The position numbers were made by a program, and so were the translations under genes. 64,000 bases of DNA. Origin: Candidatus Pseudothioglobus aerophilus. GTDB lineage: Bacteria; Pseudomonadota; Gammaproteobacteria; PS1; Pseudothioglobaceae. The DNA is taken from positions 623 through 64,622 of the forward strand of contig JACNFO010000039.1 of assembly GCA_014384565.1 (NCBI GenBank), read 5' to 3'. Shown piece after piece: positions 1 to 11,918 of the stretch (positions within the stretch are counted from its first letter, which is position 1; each line of letters begins with the position of its first letter). Below the pieces are notes generated by a model. It made no database searches. It had not been told where the DNA came from and saw nothing but the letters and a program-made list of their open reading frames with translations.

Positions 1-1
1 T

Positions 2-805
<804 letters not shown>

Positions 806-826
806 ACTAATTATTGATATACTGAA

Positions 827-1444
827 ATGTTAACGATCGCACTTTCTAAAGGTCGAATATTAGACCAAACACTCCCTCTTTTAGAGAAAGCAGGCCTATC
901 TGTATCTAAAAAAGAACTTGAAAGTAGAAAACTCATTTTAGATACCAACCTTCAAGATGTTAAAGTTATAGTTATAAGGGCAAGCGACGTTCCTGTATTT
1001 GTCCAGCATGGTGCTGCAGATCTTGGAATTGCAGGTAAAGATGTCCTGATAGAGCATGGAGCTAATGGTATTTTTGAATTACTTGACCTTGGAATCTCTA
1101 AATGCCGCCTTATGGTTGCTTCAAAGGAAAACCAAAACTTAAATAAAAGTACCTTGAAAGTAGCAACAAAATATGTCAAGTCAGCCAAAGAACATTTCTT
1201 TAGAAAAGGTCAGCAAGTAGAAGTCATCAAACTTTCTGGGGCTATGGAGCTTGCACCAATAGTTGGTCTTTCAGATTGCATTGTGGATCTAGTTGATACG
1301 GGCAATACTTTGAAAGCTAACAACTTAATCCCTCTAGAATTAATTTGTGATATTAGCTCAAGGCTTATTGTAAACTCAGCAGCCTTCAACACCAAACATA
1401 GTCAAATTAATGACTGGATTCAAAGCATAGAAAAAAACTTATGA
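827..1444 (+). CDS. hisG: ATP phosphoribosyltransferase, short form (needs HisZ, not seen in window)
   Basis: [37 protein letters not shown]; 205 aa, no C-terminal regulatory domain. Confidence 0.95.
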   Translation: MLTIALSKGRILDQTLPLLEKAGLSVSKKELESRKLILDTNLQDVKVIVIRASDVPVFVQHGAADLGIAGKDVLIEHGANGIFELLDLGISKCRLMVASKENQNLNKSTLKVATKYVKSAKEHFFRKGQQVEVIKLSGAMELAPIVGLSDCIVDLVDTGNTLKANNLIPLELICDISSRLIVNSAAFNTKHSQINDWIQSIEKNL

Positions 1445-2739
1445 TCAGCTTATTGTCTTCAAAAAATGAGGATTTTGATGCCCAACTTTCCTCACTAATC
1501 GCTTGGGAAGCCAATTCTGATGAAGAGATTAACAACACTGTCAGAAAAATTATTAAGGAAGTTAAAAATAAAGGCGATAGCTCTGTATTAAGGTTTACTT
1601 CAGAGTTTGATTCACTAGATGCAAAATCAATATCAGAGCTAACAATCACAAAAGAAAGCCTTAAAAAATCCTTCGATAACTTAAGCCTAAAACAAAAGGA
1701 TGCACTTACTGTTGCCGCTCAAAGAATTGAGTCTTACCACCTAAAACAGAAACAAGAGTCATGGAATTACACTGAAGATGATGGCACAGTATTAGGGCAA
1801 AAAGTTAGCCCTTTAGATCGCGTCGGTTTGTACGTCCCGGGAGGCAAGGCAGCCTACCCATCCTCTGTACTTATGAATAGCATTCCTGCAAAAGTAGCGG
1901 GTGTGAATGAGTTAATTATGGTTGTCCCCACACCAAAAGGAGTTGTCAATGAACTGGTATTAGCAGCAGCCCATATTGCGGATGTCGACATGGTTATTAC
2001 TATTGGCGGAGCTCAAGCAATTGCAGCACTTGCCTATGGAACTGAAACCATTCCAAAAGTTGACAAGATAGTTGGGCCTGGTAATGTTTATGTTGCTACT
2101 GCAAAAAAACAAGTATTTGGGCAGGTTGGTATCGATATGATAGCTGGGCCCTCTGAGATACTTATCATTTGTGATGGCTCGACAAACCCTGACTGGATTG
2201 CAATGGACTTATTTTCTCAGGCAGAGCACGATGAAGAAGCTCAATCCATTCTACTTTGCCCTGATGAAGGCTTTATTGAGAAGGTTAGAAGTAGTATTCA
2301 AAGGCTTCTTCCTTCGATGGAAAGAGAGCATATTATTCGAACAGCGCTTAAAAACAGAGGCGCACTAATTCTGACAAAAGACATAGATGAAGCAATTAAA
2401 ATATCCAATAAAATTGCCCCGGAACATCTTGAGCTTTCCGTTGAAAATCCAGAATCTATTCTTGGTGATATTAACAATGCTGGAGCAATTTTTATGGGTA
2501 AATACTCTTCTGAAGCTTTGGGTGATTATTGCGCTGGGCCGAACCATGTCCTGCCAACCTCCAGCACCGCAAGATTCTCATCACCTCTAGGTGTTTATGA
2601 TTTTCAAAAACGCTCTAGTATAATAATGGCATCAAAAGAAGGCGCTATAAATTTAGGTGAAACTGCAGCTACACTGGCCTATGGTGAAGGCCTTCAGGCT
2701 CATGCCATGTCCGCGCTTTATCGCACAGATAAGAAATAA
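1441..2739 (+). CDS. hisD: Histidinol dehydrogenase
   Basis: [54 protein letters not shown]; overlaps the hisG stop. Confidence 0.96.
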   Translation: MISLLSSKNEDFDAQLSSLIAWEANSDEEINNTVRKIIKEVKNKGDSSVLRFTSEFDSLDAKSISELTITKESLKKSFDNLSLKQKDALTVAAQRIESYHLKQKQESWNYTEDDGTVLGQKVSPLDRVGLYVPGGKAAYPSSVLMNSIPAKVAGVNELIMVVPTPKGVVNELVLAAAHIADVDMVITIGGAQAIAALAYGTETIPKVDKIVGPGNVYVATAKKQVFGQVGIDMIAGPSEILIICDGSTNPDWIAMDLFSQAEHDEEAQSILLCPDEGFIEKVRSSIQRLLPSMEREHIIRTALKNRGALILTKDIDEAIKISNKIAPEHLELSVENPESILGDINNAGAIFMGKYSSEALGDYCAGPNHVLPTSSTARFSSPLGVYDFQKRSSIIMASKEGAINLGETAATLAYGEGLQAHAMSALYRTDKK

Positions 2740-3519
2740 TTATCCAGGTAGCGCCTGATAATAGCCATTTTCTTTTACAACTTTAATTGGCCAATCAAAA
2801 AGATTAGTAAGGTTACTATTCGTTAAAATTTCATCTTTATTGCCATCCATTACTACCCTTCCACCCTTTAATAAAATAACTCTTGATATTTCTGGCGGAA
2901 TCTCATGCACGTGATGCGTTACTAATATTACCTTCTTGCCCATACTCATAAGCTCTCTCATAATTTCAAGGTACTGAAAACAAGTACTTATATCAAGCCC
3001 ACTCGTTGGCTCATCAAAAACCAATACTGCTGGGTCATTAACGAGAGACCTTGCAAGAAGAAATTTTCGCTGCTCGCCAGTCGACATGGATGAGTATTCT
3101 CGATCTTTCAAGCCTGATATTGAGAGAAGCTCCATGACTTCATTTGCACGCTCTAACTTCTCAGTATCAAACTTTTGATGCCTCCATATTCCATCACTAG
3201 AATAAAAACCAGATAGGGCAACGTGAAACCCAACAGCACTATCAGAGTAATTGTTTTGAAGGTGCGGAGAAACAACGCCAAGATTTGACCTTAGCTCCTG
3301 AACATTCCACCTCTCTTTATCAAATATTTTAATACTGCTACCCTCACTCTCAACAATATAGAGCTCACGATTTAGTAACTTTAGAAGAGTGGTTTTACCA
3401 GAGCCGTTTGGCCCCAAGATGACTGTACTTTGACTCTCATCAATGGTTAAAGAGAAGTCATCAAATACTTTGTTGCTTTCTTGAAATACTGTGATATTTT
3501 GAAGCTCAATAATATTCAT
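2740..3519 (-). CDS. ABC transporter ATP-binding protein (ModF-like, no adjacent permease)
   Basis: Walker A GPNGSGKTT, signature variant MSTGEQRK, Walker B VFDEP, H-loop VTHH. Confidence 0.85.
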   Translation of the reverse strand: MNIIELQNITVFQESNKVFDDFSLTIDESQSTVILGPNGSGKTTLLKLLNRELYIVESEGSSIKIFDKERWNVQELRSNLGVVSPHLQNNYSDSAVGFHVALSGFYSSDGIWRHQKFDTEKLERANEVMELLSISGLKDREYSSMSTGEQRKFLLARSLVNDPAVLVFDEPTSGLDISTCFQYLEIMRELMSMGKKVILVTHHVHEIPPEISRVILLKGGRVVMDGNKDEILTNSNLTNLFDWPIKVVKENGYYQALPG

Positions 3520-3581
3520 TATATTTAAGTTAAGCCTATATTATTACTGTAAACAATCATACCAGTAGAATTGAAAAGTGC

Positions 3582-4496
3582 TCAACTTGCTTTTTTTAAA
3601 CTTAGACTTGGGAGTAGTTGCGATAAAAGCATTCCTATTAACATCAACACGCAACCAATAAAACCTCTTGTTGTAAGAGTTTCATCAAGAATAAGCCATC
3701 CGCCAAGGACAGCAAATGCACCCTCTAGGCCCAAAATTATTGCTGCATGGGAAGATTTAGCGTGTTGCTGGGCAACGACTTGAAGCGTATATCCAATGCC
3801 TATTGACATAACGCCGGCATAGAGAAGTGGAATCGCTGTAATAATAATAGCGTCCCATTCAATGTTTTCCTTTATAGCAATTGCAATAATAAGACTTAAA
3901 AATCCAGAAACAATATATTGAATAAGTGATAGCTTTAAAGGATCCATTCTTTTAGCAACATAGCCTAATACCAAAATATGAGCTGCAAAAAATACGGCAC
4001 AAACAAGTTGATACAAATCACCCTTCTCAATACTAAAGTCTTCATTGATACTCAAAAGGTATAGCCCAATAACTGCAAGAAACCCTCCAAGCCAAGTTCC
4101 AGAGTTAGTTTTTTGGCCTAAGAAAATTCCAATTAATGGGACAAAAAAGATATACAAGCCAGTTATAAAGCCCGCTTTTCCAGCCGTTGTGAATTCAATA
4201 CCAACTTGCTGAAAACTTGAAGCAGTAAATAAAAATAATCCAGCGACAGTTCCAGCAAAGAGTAATTTTTTAGTTGAAACCTCTGTTTTAATTGACGTTG
4301 TGTTTCTTTTAGATAGATACCAGACTAATGGAGTTAATACTGTGGCCCCAATAAAAAACCTTGCTGCATTAAAGAAAAATGGATCCATTGTCTCTGCTGC
4401 ATCTTTCTGCGCGACAAATGCAAAACCCCAAATGGCTGCAGCTATGAGCATAAGAATGTCAGCCCTCAATGCTTTATTTGTGCCTAATATTATCAT
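3582..4496 (-). CDS. DMT/EamA family transporter
   Basis: About 10 hydrophobic segments; IWGFAFVAQK, TTAGKAGFITGLY, AAIILGLEGAFA motifs. Confidence 0.85.
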   Translation of the reverse strand: MIILGTNKALRADILMLIAAAIWGFAFVAQKDAAETMDPFFFNAARFFIGATVLTPLVWYLSKRNTTSIKTEVSTKKLLFAGTVAGLFLFTASSFQQVGIEFTTAGKAGFITGLYIFFVPLIGIFLGQKTNSGTWLGGFLAVIGLYLLSINEDFSIEKGDLYQLVCAVFFAAHILVLGYVAKRMDPLKLSLIQYIVSGFLSLIIAIAIKENIEWDAIIITAIPLLYAGVMSIGIGYTLQVVAQQHAKSSHAAIILGLEGAFAVLGGWLILDETLTTRGFIGCVLMLIGMLLSQLLPSLSLKKAS

Positions 4497-5347
4497 TTTG
4501 TTTGCAGCTTAGAGCTATACCATGCATGAAAAAATAAAGTAATAACAACTATAGACCCACCTAAAATTGAACTACTGGAAGGCTGCTCATTAATCACTAG
4601 CCACGCACTTATTATTCCAAAAATCGTTCCTAAAGGCATAAACATAGCCACCTCTGATGCAGGTATGAATCTTGGCGCAATTGTAATTAGGCTAAAGGCA
4701 ATCGCAAGCAGTATTCCGCCTGCAATGACATAAATTAGTGAATCAAGTGGCAAATAAAAGGAACTTGAAAAGGCTAGTCCAACACAAGAAACAACGAGCG
4801 CATTAACTATCATAGCTGGAACCATATTCACGTTACTGTATTTTCGCGTTAGTGCAAATGAATAACCGCCAGCAATTATTGATATAACTGCCAACGAACT
4901 CCCCATAACGTTGAGAGTCCCTGTATCTCCTTTCATTACTATGTAAATACCAGTAACAATAATTAGCATTGAAATCCACGTATAAAGCTTAGGCTTTTCG
5001 TTTATTATGGCCCATGAAATAATTGCAACAACCATTGGTGCTGTACTAATAATAACTAATACTTTAGCAATTGAAGTGTATTGAATTGCAGCAATGAATG
5101 TAACGCCACCAATCCCTGAAAGGATGCCAATCCAGATTCCAGGCCTACCTATATTTTTTAGCTCCTTAAATGTGTTTTTACGATAAGTAGCAAACAAAAT
5201 GGCCAATACGCCAAGTGCATAGAATATCCCACGCCAAAAAAGAATGGTAAAGGTGTCCGCATCTGCAAGCCTTACTAATACTGGATCTGGAGTCAGCATC
5301 AAAACTCCAAAAAAAGCAATTAGTAGTCCTTTTAAATGATTATTCAT
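4493..5347 (-). CDS. DMT/EamA family transporter (paralog of the next gene)
   Basis: About 10 hydrophobic segments with EamA repeat pattern; HLKGLL start and ITIAPR..PA.EV motif shared with 5391-6269. Confidence 0.8.
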   Translation of the reverse strand: MNNHLKGLLIAFFGVLMLTPDPVLVRLADADTFTILFWRGIFYALGVLAILFATYRKNTFKELKNIGRPGIWIGILSGIGGVTFIAAIQYTSIAKVLVIISTAPMVVAIISWAIINEKPKLYTWISMLIIVTGIYIVMKGDTGTLNVMGSSLAVISIIAGGYSFALTRKYSNVNMVPAMIVNALVVSCVGLAFSSSFYLPLDSLIYVIAGGILLAIAFSLITIAPRFIPASEVAMFMPLGTIFGIISAWLVINEQPSSSSILGGSIVVITLFFHAWYSSKLQTK

Positions 5348-5390
5348 ATTTAAAGCTTGCGAAAGTTTTTGTTAGTAAGATTATTGGAGA

Positions 5391-6269
5391 TCAGGTTAGC
5401 TGGCCTCTTGCCAGCTTAGTGCTATACCAAGAGTGGCAGAATAAGGTCACAATAACAATCGTTCCACCAATTAAAGCATTTGTTGATGGCTCTTCATGGA
5501 TAACATACCAAGCTATTAAAGTTCCCAACACTGTCTCTAGAGGCATAATCATTCCAACTTCAGCTGCAGGCATATATCTTGGTGCAATTGTTATTAAACT
5601 AAATGAAATTGAAAGTATTGCCCCCATAGCAATTATGTATTTTATCACCTCGGGTGGAACTGAAATTTTACTGGCCATTACATAGGCTATAAGGGCAGCA
5701 ATTACCCCTCCAATTGCATTTACAGGAACCATATTGACATCTTTATATTTACGAGTCAAAGTAAAAGTAAACCCCATCATTACTGCTGTAATCAAGGCAA
5801 AAAAGTCACCAACAAGATTTTCTCCCCCAAGACTTCCACTCATAACAATGTAGATTCCAATAAAAACAATTATCATAGAAGCCCAGGTCACCAGACTGGA
5901 TTTTTCTTTAAGTAGAAACCAAGAGACAATTGCTATCATTATTGGGCCAGTACTTATAATGACAAGAGCATTTGCAATTGATGTATAAACAATTGCGAAT
6001 ACGAACGTTCCTGTACTGATTCCGGAAAAAAAGCCTATTAATAAGCCCCCTCTTCCAATTTTTTTGAATTCTTCAAGAGTCTTTAAGCGGTACTTTAGAA
6101 AGACTAATAAAGAAACCCCTAGGGCATATAAGAGCCCTCGCCAAAAAAGCACTGTCCAGCTGTCCACCTCTGGAGAGGCCTCCTCAACTAATCGAATAAG
6201 AACAGAATCTGGACTTAACAGAATCACCGCAAAAACGGTCATTAAAAGTCCTTTTAGATGCCTAGACAT
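5391..6269 (-). CDS. DMT/EamA family transporter
   Basis: About 10 hydrophobic segments; YTSIANALVIIST, ITIAPRYMPAAEVG. Confidence 0.8.
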   Translation of the reverse strand: MSRHLKGLLMTVFAVILLSPDSVLIRLVEEASPEVDSWTVLFWRGLLYALGVSLLVFLKYRLKTLEEFKKIGRGGLLIGFFSGISTGTFVFAIVYTSIANALVIISTGPIMIAIVSWFLLKEKSSLVTWASMIIVFIGIYIVMSGSLGGENLVGDFFALITAVMMGFTFTLTRKYKDVNMVPVNAIGGVIAALIAYVMASKISVPPEVIKYIIAMGAILSISFSLITIAPRYMPAAEVGMIMPLETVLGTLIAWYVIHEEPSTNALIGGTIVIVTLFCHSWYSTKLARGQLT

Positions 6270-6329
6270 AAACTATAAATTCACTTTTATTGATTGCCAT
6301 TAGATAGGCTTTAAGGCAAAAAATATAAT

Positions 6330-6920
6330 CTAGCTAAAGATTGACGTGTCTTTTTGATTCAAAATTCTTAAGTTTGAGAAGTTACGTAAGGCAAAGTAGG
6401 CACCAAATATAACACCTGACCATACTAAATTACCCGCAACCGTATTTTGAAAAAATGGGATTGCCATCGTAAAACACAGCATTAGACCTTCAAGAGTTTT
6501 TGCATACATTGGTGAAAATGCCCAAACTGCAAAATTAGTTGCTAAGAAAAAAACAATAGAGCTTACTAAAGCAGCTCCTGCAATTTTTAATACACTAAGT
6601 TTCTTTTGTAGGAAGTTTTTAAAGACAATTGGAAATAGCAGGGCTAGATAAACAACAAACATGGACTTAGAGCCAAACCAACTTGCAGAAAGTGAACCAA
6701 ATGCAAAATAGTCACAAAGCAGCATAGTAGCAATAACAGCAACGATAGCCATGTACCTTTTTATAAAAATAAATCCTGCAAATAATGCTATTGCAGCCAT
6801 AGGAGTAAAGTTAGGTGGATGAGGTAGCAATCTTCCTGCAACTCCTAATGAAATTAACACTGCTAGAATAACTAAATAACTGAAACTTGAGTTAAGTTTG
6901 TGATCTTGATTGCTCATCAT
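6330..6920 (-). CDS. DUF6580-like membrane protein, putative solitary ECF S-component-like vitamin transporter
   Basis: LLPHPPNFTPMAAIALFAG, FFLATNFAVW and MAIPFFQNT motifs; about 6 TM segments. Start moved to the ATG at 6920, which follows AGGAG. Confidence 0.65.
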   Translation of the reverse strand: MMSNQDHKLNSSFSYLVILAVLISLGVAGRLLPHPPNFTPMAAIALFAGFIFIKRYMAIVAVIATMLLCDYFAFGSLSASWFGSKSMFVVYLALLFPIVFKNFLQKKLSVLKIAGAALVSSIVFFLATNFAVWAFSPMYAKTLEGLMLCFTMAIPFFQNTVAGNLVWSGVIFGAYFALRNFSNLRILNQKDTSIFS

Positions 6921-6951
6921 TTCTCTCCTAAATTTTTCAAACAATAATATA

Positions 6952-7326
6952 TTAAAATGCTTCCATATTCAAGCGAATAAATGTATTCTCTAAAAGTATA
7001 ACATCTTGCGCTCCAACCATTGACATTAAGCCATTAACGTACAATGCCCAATAAGTATTTCCAACTGCTTCAACCCCAGCTAAAGACATGATTTGAGGAC
7101 CAAAACTTGTATCTTTTACGCCAACAGTAACTAAATCACTTATAGCTTCATACGCATTAATCCCTTTATCAACTTGCTTTACTGACGTTAAACTTAACTC
7201 ATCTGCAGAAGTAATTGCTAATGAAAGCTGAATAGTTTCAACGGAATCATCGCCAAAAGATAATGAAGGCTGAAGAAAGATATAGCCAAACAAAACTATG
7301 GCTAGAAGTTTCAGATTAAATTTCAT
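6952..7326 (-). CDS. Secreted DUF4430 / transcobalamin-like beta-domain protein
   Basis: Sec-type signal peptide, then IMSLAGV...YWALYVNG..SMVGAQDVIL, the pattern typical of DUF4430. Confidence 0.6.
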   Translation of the reverse strand: MKFNLKLLAIVLFGYIFLQPSLSFGDDSVETIQLSLAITSADELSLTSVKQVDKGINAYEAISDLVTVGVKDTSFGPQIMSLAGVEAVGNTYWALYVNGLMSMVGAQDVILLENTFIRLNMEAF

Positions 7327-7414
7327 TTCAATTAAATTGGTAATAATAAAAGCTCGGATTTTATATCAAAAACAATAAACTGCAATAGTCATCAAGCAAA
7401 AACAAGTAATTTAC

Positions 7415-8818
7415 TTAGAATGGAAATTTTTTATTGCCGAGTCCAGACATCTTTGAAAAATCAGGCATTCCACCTTCGCCTTGCATGTCACCCATTTGCT
7501 GCATCATTTTTTTCATTTTACCGCCCTTCATCTTCTTCATTGTTTTTTGCATCTTTTCAAATTGCTTTAACAATTTATTTACTTGCTGAACATCTGTACC
7601 AGACCCATCAGCAATCCTTTTTTTACGAGAGCCCTTGATTAAATTAACATGGTTTCTTTCTTTTGGAGTCATTGAGTTAATAATTGCAACCATTCGGCTG
7701 CTTTCAGTATCCCCAATAACTTGATTTTTAACACTTTGAGGTATCTGCCCCATTCCAGGCATTTTGTCCATTAAAGCGGCCATTCCGCCCATTTGTTGCA
7801 TTTGCATTAACTGATCTCTCATATCGTCAAGATCGAATCTGCCTTTCGCCATTTTTTGGACATTCTTCTGAGCTTTTTTATGATCAACTTTTTTTGAAAT
7901 CTCTTCAACTAGCGAAAGAACATCACCCATACCAAGAATACGAGAAACAAGTCTGTCTGGATAGAATGGCTCTAATGCGTCAGTCTTTTCACCAACACCC
8001 ATAAATTTAATCGGCTTTCCAGTTATATGTTTTACAGATAGAGCAGCACCACCTCTAGCATCACCATCGGTCTTTGTTAGTATGATTCCTGTAAGTGGAA
8101 GCATATCTGAGAATGTTTTTGCAGTATGCGCAGCGTCTTGCCCTGTCATTGAGTCAACAACAAACAACGTTTCTATTGGATTAACTTGCTTTTGAAGAAT
8201 TTGGATTTCAGACATCATTTGCTCATCAACGTGAAGCCTTCCAGCAGTATCAACCAGAAGAACATCATGAAACTGAGATTGAGCTTGTTTTTTTGCATCT
8301 GAAACTATTTTTTCTGGCTTCTCATCGACAGTTGAAGGAAAAAAATCAACACCTATCTGCTCGGCAAGAATTTTAAGCTGCTCGATAGCAGCAGGCCTAT
8401 AAACATCTGCACTGACCACAAGAACTTTCTTTTTTTGCTCTTCTTTTAAATAACGAGCTAACTTGGCAATCGAGGTAGTCTTTCCTGAGCCCTGAAGGCC
8501 TGCTACCATTACAACTGCTGGTGGCTGAGTTGATAGGTTTAGAGATTCGTTCTGACCACCTATTACCTCTGTTAACTCAGCTTCAACTAGCTTAATAAAG
8601 GCTTGTGATGGATTCAGCCCCTCACCTACTTTAAGTCCAATTGCTTTAGTTTGAACTCGCTCTATAAAAAACTTTATTACATCAAGTGCAACGTCAGCTT
8701 CCAGGAGAGATCTTCTGACTTCTCTTATGGCCTCTTTAATGTTTTCATCGGACAGCTTATTTTTACCTTGAATGGCTTTAAAGCTATTGGACAGTCGTTC
8801 CGTTAAATTATCAAACAT
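7415..8818 (-). CDS. ffh: Signal recognition particle protein
   Basis: MFDNLTERL, GLQGSGKTT, DTAGR, TKTDGDARGG, Met-rich M domain, RKKRIADGSG. Confidence 0.98.
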   Translation of the reverse strand: MFDNLTERLSNSFKAIQGKNKLSDENIKEAIREVRRSLLEADVALDVIKFFIERVQTKAIGLKVGEGLNPSQAFIKLVEAELTEVIGGQNESLNLSTQPPAVVMVAGLQGSGKTTSIAKLARYLKEEQKKKVLVVSADVYRPAAIEQLKILAEQIGVDFFPSTVDEKPEKIVSDAKKQAQSQFHDVLLVDTAGRLHVDEQMMSEIQILQKQVNPIETLFVVDSMTGQDAAHTAKTFSDMLPLTGIILTKTDGDARGGAALSVKHITGKPIKFMGVGEKTDALEPFYPDRLVSRILGMGDVLSLVEEISKKVDHKKAQKNVQKMAKGRFDLDDMRDQLMQMQQMGGMAALMDKMPGMGQIPQSVKNQVIGDTESSRMVAIINSMTPKERNHVNLIKGSRKKRIADGSGTDVQQVNKLLKQFEKMQKTMKKMKGGKMKKMMQQMGDMQGEGGMPDFSKMSGLGNKKFPF

Positions 8819-8877
8819 TATGTTCTACTTGGGTGAAATATCGTATTATATAATCTTTTGCAAAGACAAAGCTAGAG

Positions 8878-9660
8878 ATGCCTTTACTTCACACTCTACC
8901 ATTTATCACTTATCTACTTTCTGGGCTTTTACTAACCAGATACTTTGTTCTAGATTCAGTAACAAATCAACATAGAACAATTGTTAATTTAATGCTTCTA
9001 ATAGCTTGCTCTTCGCATGGCTTTATTCTTTTTGAGTTGTGGCAGCATGATGGTGTATTTTTTGGATTAACTGTGAGCATTTCATTTGTAGCATGGGTTG
9101 TAGCTACGCTTTTATTTCTAACCTCTTTCAGTAAGCCTATTCACTCTTTAGGAATCCTTGTATACCCTCTAAGTGCAATTGCAGTCATTACTGCTTTTTT
9201 ATTTCCAGGAACCCAAGGTAAGCTTATTTCTATGTCAATAGCAGCTCATGCTTTTCTGTCAATTGGTGCATATGCTCTTCTTACCATTGCGGTTGCTCAA
9301 TCTGTCCTGCTAAGCATCCAAGAGCGTTTTTTACATGAACACAACTTTAATACTTTTGTCGATAAGCTTCCAGCACTTCAAACTATGGAAGCGTTCCTTT
9401 ATCAAACGCTAAAGATGGGGCTGTTGCTTCTTACATTGTCATTGATCTCTGGTTACTACTATATCGATGATTTTTTTACACAAAAACTTACCTTTAAAAC
9501 CATCCTTTCAGTCATTGCCTGGATTGGTTTTGCTGGGATTTTGTTTGGGCATAAGGTTTTTGGCTGGAGAGGAAAGCTTGTAACCGTGTCAACTCAAACT
9601 GCTTTTGCCATATTGGTTTTATCTTATTATGGTACCAAATTTTTTTTAGAGATCGCTTAA
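8878..9660 (+). CDS. Cytochrome c assembly (CcsA/YpjD-like) inner membrane protein
   Basis: About 8 TM segments; LPALQTME, LTLSLISG, KTILSVIAW, FGWRG, LSYYGTKF. Divergent from ffh, as ypjD is in gammaproteobacteria. Confidence 0.75.
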   Translation: MPLLHTLPFITYLLSGLLLTRYFVLDSVTNQHRTIVNLMLLIACSSHGFILFELWQHDGVFFGLTVSISFVAWVVATLLFLTSFSKPIHSLGILVYPLSAIAVITAFLFPGTQGKLISMSIAAHAFLSIGAYALLTIAVAQSVLLSIQERFLHEHNFNTFVDKLPALQTMEAFLYQTLKMGLLLLTLSLISGYYYIDDFFTQKLTFKTILSVIAWIGFAGILFGHKVFGWRGKLVTVSTQTAFAILVLSYYGTKFFLEIA

Positions 9661-9675
9661 ATATAAAATAGAATT

Positions 9676-10071
9676 ATGAAAATTTATAATAAATTAAATG
9701 GGAAATGCTTATGCGGGAAGGTAGCCTGGGAAATGACTGGGCCATATGAATTTTTTGGAATGTGTCAATGTTCCCGCTGCCGAAAAGTAACTGGAACGGC
9801 CTTTGCTTCGAATCTATTTGTACGCTCTGAAAACTTCTTTTGGGCCTCTGGCGAAGATAATGTAAATGAATATCTAATGGACCCACCCAATACTTTTGGA
9901 AATTCATTTTGTAAAAATTGTGGCTCTCGAGTTCCAAGATTTTCATCTGGAAGAGGCGCAATGATGGTGCCAATTGGAAGCACAATGGATTCACCTGAAA
10001 TAGAGCCTACCTTAGTTTGTTTAGGGGATCACACTGATTGGTTTACTGATCTTGAAAAACTCTTAAGATAA
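9676..10071 (+). CDS. GFA/CENP-V family zinc protein
   Basis: GKCLCG, CQCSRCRK, FCKNCGS zinc motifs. Confidence 0.8.
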   Translation: MKIYNKLNGKCLCGKVAWEMTGPYEFFGMCQCSRCRKVTGTAFASNLFVRSENFFWASGEDNVNEYLMDPPNTFGNSFCKNCGSRVPRFSSGRGAMMVPIGSTMDSPEIEPTLVCLGDHTDWFTDLEKLLR

Positions 10072-10078
10072 AAAATCT

Positions 10079-11866
10079 TTAATCAATGTGAAGCACAGCT
10101 AGAAAGGCCTCTTGAGGAATGTCTACTCTCCCAATTGAACGCATCCTCTTTTTACCTTTCTTCTGCTTTTCAAGTAATTTCTTTTTCCGAGTAATATCAC
10201 CACCATAACACTTTGCCGTAACGTTCTTTCTAAGTGCCTTAACATTTGTTCTTGAGATAATCTTAACACCAATGCATGCCTGGATTGCAACGTCAAACAT
10301 CTGTCTAGGTATGAGTTCCTTCATTTTTTCAGCAATTTCTCGGCCTTTATAAGTAGAGTTATCACGATGGATAATCAAAGCCAAAGCGTCAACACTCTCA
10401 TTATTGATTAATATATCTAAGCGTATTAAATCAGCAGTCTGATAACGCTCAAAATGATAGTCCATAGAGGCAAAACCTCTTGACGCAGATTTAAGTTTAT
10501 CAAAGAAATCTAAAACCACTTCATTTAATGGGAGTTCATAAACAATAGAGACTTGCCTGCCCATATAGTTTATATTTTTTTGAACACCTCTCTTTTCAAC
10601 ACAAAGGCTTATTACTGGCCCAACATACTCACTAGTTACTAAAATATTTGCAGTAATAATTGGCTCTCTAAATTCAGCTATAGTCTGAACTGGAGGAAGT
10701 TTTGAAGGGCTATCAATTTTTGTTACGTTGCCTTTAGTATCAAGAATTTCATAGATTACCGTTGGTGCAGTCGTTATTAAGTCTAAATCATATTCACGCT
10801 CAAGACGCTCCTGAACAATCTCCATATGAAGAAGACCTAAAAAGCCAATCCTAAAGCCAAACCCAAGAGCATCAGAGTTTTCGGGCTCATATTGTAAAGC
10901 CGCATCATTTAAGCGGAGCTTAGCTAGTGCATCTCTAAATTTCTCGTAGTCTTCACCGGATGTAGGGAAAAGCCCTGCAAAAACTCTTGGCTGAACAGGC
11001 TTAAAACCATCCAAAGGCTGATCAACTGGATTTTTACTACTAGTTATGGTGTCACCAACTGGAGCTCCATCAATATTTTTGATACTGGCAATTAAGTAAC
11101 CAACCTCTCCAGCCTTTAAGCTATCGGTCTTAGTTCTTTTAGGCGTAAAAATTCCAACTTCATCAACTAAGTGTTCGTTTTTATTGGAGAATATTTTAAT
11201 CTTTGTTTTAGCTTTAATTTCTCCATCAATGACTCTGATTAAAGAAACAACGCCTAAATAATTGTCAAACCATGAATCAATTATGAGCGCTTTAATTGGC
11301 GCATCTATATTGCCTTCTGGGGCAGGAATTTTTTCAACAATCTGCTCAAGAATTTCCTCAATTCCAATGCCCGATTTAGCGCTTGCATGGACCGCATCAT
11401 GAGCCTCAACACCAATCACATCTTCTATCTCATCCACAACTCTTTCTGGCTCAGCAGCAGGCAGATCAATTTTGTTAAGAACCGCAACTACCTCAAGACC
11501 TTGATCTAAAGCAGTATAACAATTAGCGACTGTTTGAGCTTCAACACCTTGAGAAGCGTCAACAATTAACAGTGCTCCCTCACAAGCAGAAAGAGATCTA
11601 GAAACTTCATATGAAAAATCAACGTGTCCTGGCGTGTCAATTAAATTAAATTGATATGTTTGGCCATCTTTTGCATTGTATTGCAAAGAAACACTTTGTG
11701 ATTTGATCGTAATTCCTCTCTCTTTCTCAATATCCATAGAGTCAAGAACTTGTGACGACATCTCACGATCACTTAGGCCACCGCAATGCTGGATAAAACG
11801 ATCAGCAATTGTTGACTTTCCATGATCTATATGCGCAATGATAGAAAAATTTCGGATGTTTTGCAT
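10079..11866 (-). CDS. lepA: Elongation factor 4
   Basis: [47 protein letters not shown]. Confidence 0.98.
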   Translation of the reverse strand: MQNIRNFSIIAHIDHGKSTIADRFIQHCGGLSDREMSSQVLDSMDIEKERGITIKSQSVSLQYNAKDGQTYQFNLIDTPGHVDFSYEVSRSLSACEGALLIVDASQGVEAQTVANCYTALDQGLEVVAVLNKIDLPAAEPERVVDEIEDVIGVEAHDAVHASAKSGIGIEEILEQIVEKIPAPEGNIDAPIKALIIDSWFDNYLGVVSLIRVIDGEIKAKTKIKIFSNKNEHLVDEVGIFTPKRTKTDSLKAGEVGYLIASIKNIDGAPVGDTITSSKNPVDQPLDGFKPVQPRVFAGLFPTSGEDYEKFRDALAKLRLNDAALQYEPENSDALGFGFRIGFLGLLHMEIVQERLEREYDLDLITTAPTVIYEILDTKGNVTKIDSPSKLPPVQTIAEFREPIITANILVTSEYVGPVISLCVEKRGVQKNINYMGRQVSIVYELPLNEVVLDFFDKLKSASRGFASMDYHFERYQTADLIRLDILINNESVDALALIIHRDNSTYKGREIAEKMKELIPRQMFDVAIQACIGVKIISRTNVKALRKNVTAKCYGGDITRKKKLLEKQKKGKKRMRSIGRVDIPQEAFLAVLHID

Positions 11867-11918
11867 ATCAATGATAAAATGACTGCTTTAAAATTAAAGC
11901 CATGAGATTATATCGTAT

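Noticed and set aside
7327-7414. Cobalamin riboswitch upstream of the DUF4430 gene
   Set aside because: The spacer is only 88 nt, AT-rich, and has no B12-box.
9676-10071. GFA protein as formaldehyde detoxification for the amine island
   Set aside because: The GFA family is widespread and functionally diverse, and this gene is coupled to the CcsA-like gene outside the island.
11886-11901. GCTTTA-AAAT-TAAAGC palindrome between lepA and bcp as an operator
   Set aside because: Short, AT-rich and with no second copy noticed; likely chance.
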